This document shows, piece after piece, positions 61,515 to 64,000 of a DNA stretch of 64,000 nt. Under the pieces are notes generated by a model that worked only from the letters and a program-made list of their open reading frames with translations, made no database searches and was not told the origin of the DNA. The translations under genes were made by a program, and so were the position numbers. The stretch spans positions 186,001-250,000 of the forward strand of contig QPMI01000022.1 in NCBI GenBank assembly GCA_004431415.1, in the 5' to 3' direction. Each line of letters starts with the position of its first letter. Position 1 is the stretch's first letter. The stretch comes from Cyanophora paradoxa CCMP329. Taxonomy: Eukaryota; Plantae; Glaucophyta.

Positions 61515-62848
61515 GTAAGGATTGAAGCGAGGGGGGGTGGGGGGCGGTGGTGGAGGTGGTGGGTACCGGGGCGGTAGAAGCCGTCGTTGCGAAGGATGGA
61601 GAGGAGGGCGTCTGGGGAGAGGGGAGGGGGGGGACGTGAGGAGAATGGGGGCGCGGTGTGGCGGGGCCCGGGATGGATCCCGCACTGTAGAGCCGGATCA
61701 TCTGATCCCCGGAGAAGGCGTGCTCTGAGAGGGGTAGGAGATTAGATTTGGGATGGTGATGGGGGGGAGAGGGGGAGGGGTACCGGGGCACTCCGAGCGC
61801 CGGATGTAAAAGTTGTCCTGCGGCGGTCTCAGCGAAGCAAGTGCAGGAAGACGAAAAGAGGAAAAGAGGGGGGAAGATGCGGGGGAAGGAACGGCGCGCC
61901 TTGACGCGCTGCGTCTCCGAGTCCGAGCGGATCAAACCGTTGAAGACGACGTAATCGAAGTCGCTGCGCGCGGGGATAAGGCGGCGGCGGCGGCGCGCGG
62001 GCGCGCGCGCGCGCGTAGCACGCGAGCTATAAATAGCTTAGCGCGGAGGAAGCGCACCGGAGGGTGCCGAGGAGGTCCTTCAGGAGGCCCGCGCGGTCCG
62101 GGCAGCGAACCTGCACACGGATCAAATTCGACGAGATGAAGGAAGAGAAGAAAGAAAGGGCGGGATCGCACCTTGACGACGAACAGGTTCCCGTGCTCCG
62201 CGTCCTCGCGCTCGAGAAGAGACAGGTCGATGTCGAAGACTGCGCGAGCGGCGTGAGGGGTCCTGCAGCGGGGACCAGAGGAGCTGGACGGCTCGCCGGC
62301 GTCGTGCGTGTCGCAGAGAACGTTGTCCATCGACGTGCGCCCGTGGAAGTTCTGACGGTGCGGCGCGTCAGCACGAGCGGCAGTGGTAAGCGCCGCCAGT
62401 GGAGCGCTCGTGCTGACCTTAGGGCCGGGCGAGCCGCCGCGCTTCTTCTTCGGCGCGGCCTCCCCAACAGCGCCATCAAAAGCAGCGGAAACAGTGAAGC
62501 TGCGCGCCGCCGAGTGCACGGGGCGGGCCAGCCGTGGGCTTGCGAGAGGATCGGCCATGAACTGACGCCGAGGGAGCTGCGGGCGAGATGCCTGTAGACA
62601 CATTCAGAAACAGAATTTCGCTTCGGGGCGGAGGGGCAGTGGCGCAGTGACGACGGGACGCGACGATTGCTATGGCCGCCCGTGCGCGCGGGGTCGGCTG
62701 GCAGTCCAGCGGGGCTCATAAAGCGCTGATTCTAGAGCACCCATCATACCTTTGACGGCTTCGCCGGCAGGGGAAGCACGTGAGAGACGGGTCGCGCGAC
62801 GGCCTGTACGCTGGCGGCGGGGAGGGCGACCGTAGCGAACGCGGCCAT
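60644..62848 (-). CDS. Plastid-targeted ACT-domain repeat (ACR-like) protein with two ACT domains
   Basis: MAAFATVALPAAS transit peptide. ACT1 VVKVRCPDRAGLLKDLLGTL..VKDNFYI; ACT2 NVIELRCPDRDYLLFEVTHAL..YHVNSAEVSTDWGG.VFDRIVV. Confidence 0.75.
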
Positions 62849-62975
62849 CTTCGTCTCTATGCGGCTGGACATAGCTGTGAACGACAGCGGCTTCTGACCG
62901 CAGAGAACTGACCAGTCTACGAGGAACCACGAACGAAGCTGACGGGTACCGGCAGTTAGTTCCTCAGCCTGCAGG
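62849..62975. promoter_or_regulatory. 127-bp divergent spacer between two plastid-targeted genes
   Basis: Inferred ATGs at 62848 (-) and 62976 (+). Confidence 0.5.
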
Positions 62976-64000
62976 ATGGCGTTCGCTGGGGTTCCCGTCG
63001 TCTCCGCTTCCTCGCATGCAGTAGCTGGTCTCATTCAGGTGCGCGTCACTCCAACGGATCGCCGCAAAAAGCCGGACGCGGATAGATCGTAATGAGGGAT
63101 GTGCACGGGCGGCCGAGTATCGGCCAGCCAACGAACGCCCCGCCTCCGATAAGTTCATTAGCCTCGATCTGCCGGCTTTGAAGCTCCCCTGACGCCGCCG
63201 GGCTTCGACAGGCCCAGCCTTCGTTCGTGGGCCTCGCCCCGGCGTCGAAGATCGCCCGAATCTCGCCCCGTTCAAGCAGCAGCGATGTGAACGCAAAGCT
63301 CAGGAGCAGATGCTTTGCGCATCAGCCCCGGCGGACGTTCAGCTGCGTCGCCCAGAGCACAGCCGCGGCGACGAAGCCCGCTCACGTCGACGGCCCCATC
63401 GGGCGCGATGACTACGCCGAGGTCGGTCCTTAAGCGCGCGCTCGCCCGAGCTCTTGGAGGCGGACGGGGGCTCAGCGGCCGCGCAGGCGCCGCGGTTCGA
63501 CTATGTGATCGTGGGCGGAGGCGCCGCAGGCTGCGTTATGGTGCGCGGGAGCTGGGCGCGGGCCCCGTCAGGTCCCGCCCCCCTTAGCTACCCCTCGAGC
63601 CTGACGAGATCCCTTAGGCGAACCGGCTCTCCGAGGACTCCTCCAAGTCGGTGCTGCTGATCGAGGCGGGCGCCCCCAAGGGCAACCTGTACGTCGAGCT
63701 GCCCATTGGATTCCCTTTGCTCTTCGGCGGGGAGTTCGACTGGGCGTACCGCTGCGAGCCGGAGCCCCAGCTCAACGGGAAGCAGGTGCCGTAGTCTCTG
63801 CCCGCCCCGGCCCCGTCCCCACCCCCGCCCTGTCCTGGCGTACTTGGACTTCGAAGTGATCGCGATTGGGTTACAGGTGTATTTGCCCCGTGGCAAGCTC
63901 CTCGGAGGGTCCCACGCGATCAGGTCCGCGGTCTCATCCGAGCCATCTGAGCCCCCCCCCCCCCCCCATCTGAGCCGGCGCCGCCCCCAGCGTCATGCTG
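62976..64000 (+). CDS. Plastid-targeted GMC oxidoreductase, 5' part only; candidate fatty acid photodecarboxylase-like protein
   Basis: Exon 1 (62976-63038) MAFAGVPVVSASSHAVAGLIQ splices in frame to 63212 AQPSFVGLAP... Then FDYVIVGGGAAGCVMANRLSED..KSVLLIEAG, LPIGFPLLFGGEFDWAYRCEPEPQLNGKQVYLPRGKLLGGSHAI(S). Confidence 0.85.

Overview
This is GC-rich eukaryotic nuclear DNA in which genes are split into many micro-exons, so most ORFs in the supplied track are shadows or exon fragments. Two genes carry MAF/MAAF-type plastid presequences and one encodes a flagellar ODA1/DC2 protein, which suggests a flagellated alga with a primary plastid, probably glaucophyte-like (inference). Genes reconstructed by manual splicing, in order: two tandem paralogous Kelch + LamG-like membrane proteins (-); a YhfW-like FAD oxidoreductase with a Rieske domain (-); two CHX/KHA-type cation/H+ antiporter paralogs forming an inverted, convergent duplication; ODA1/CCDC114 (-); a long low-complexity unknown gene (+); a single-pass receptor-like kinase (-); cysteine synthase with an Ala/Pro/Lys tail (-); an RLK/Pelle-like pseudokinase fused to a RING finger (+); a 2OG-Fe(II) dioxygenase (-); a plastid ACT-repeat protein (-); and the 5' part of a plastid-targeted GMC flavoprotein that is a candidate fatty-acid photodecarboxylase (+). 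The strongest sequence-level signal is a recurrent 6-nt insertion of the form X -> X-revcomp(X)-X, visible directly between paralogs. Other signals are tandem duplications anchored at splice junctions, branch-point microsatellites, frequent GC-AG introns, and intron gain/loss plus patchy gene conversion between the antiporter paralogs. Gene ends and exon limits were read by eye and are approximate.
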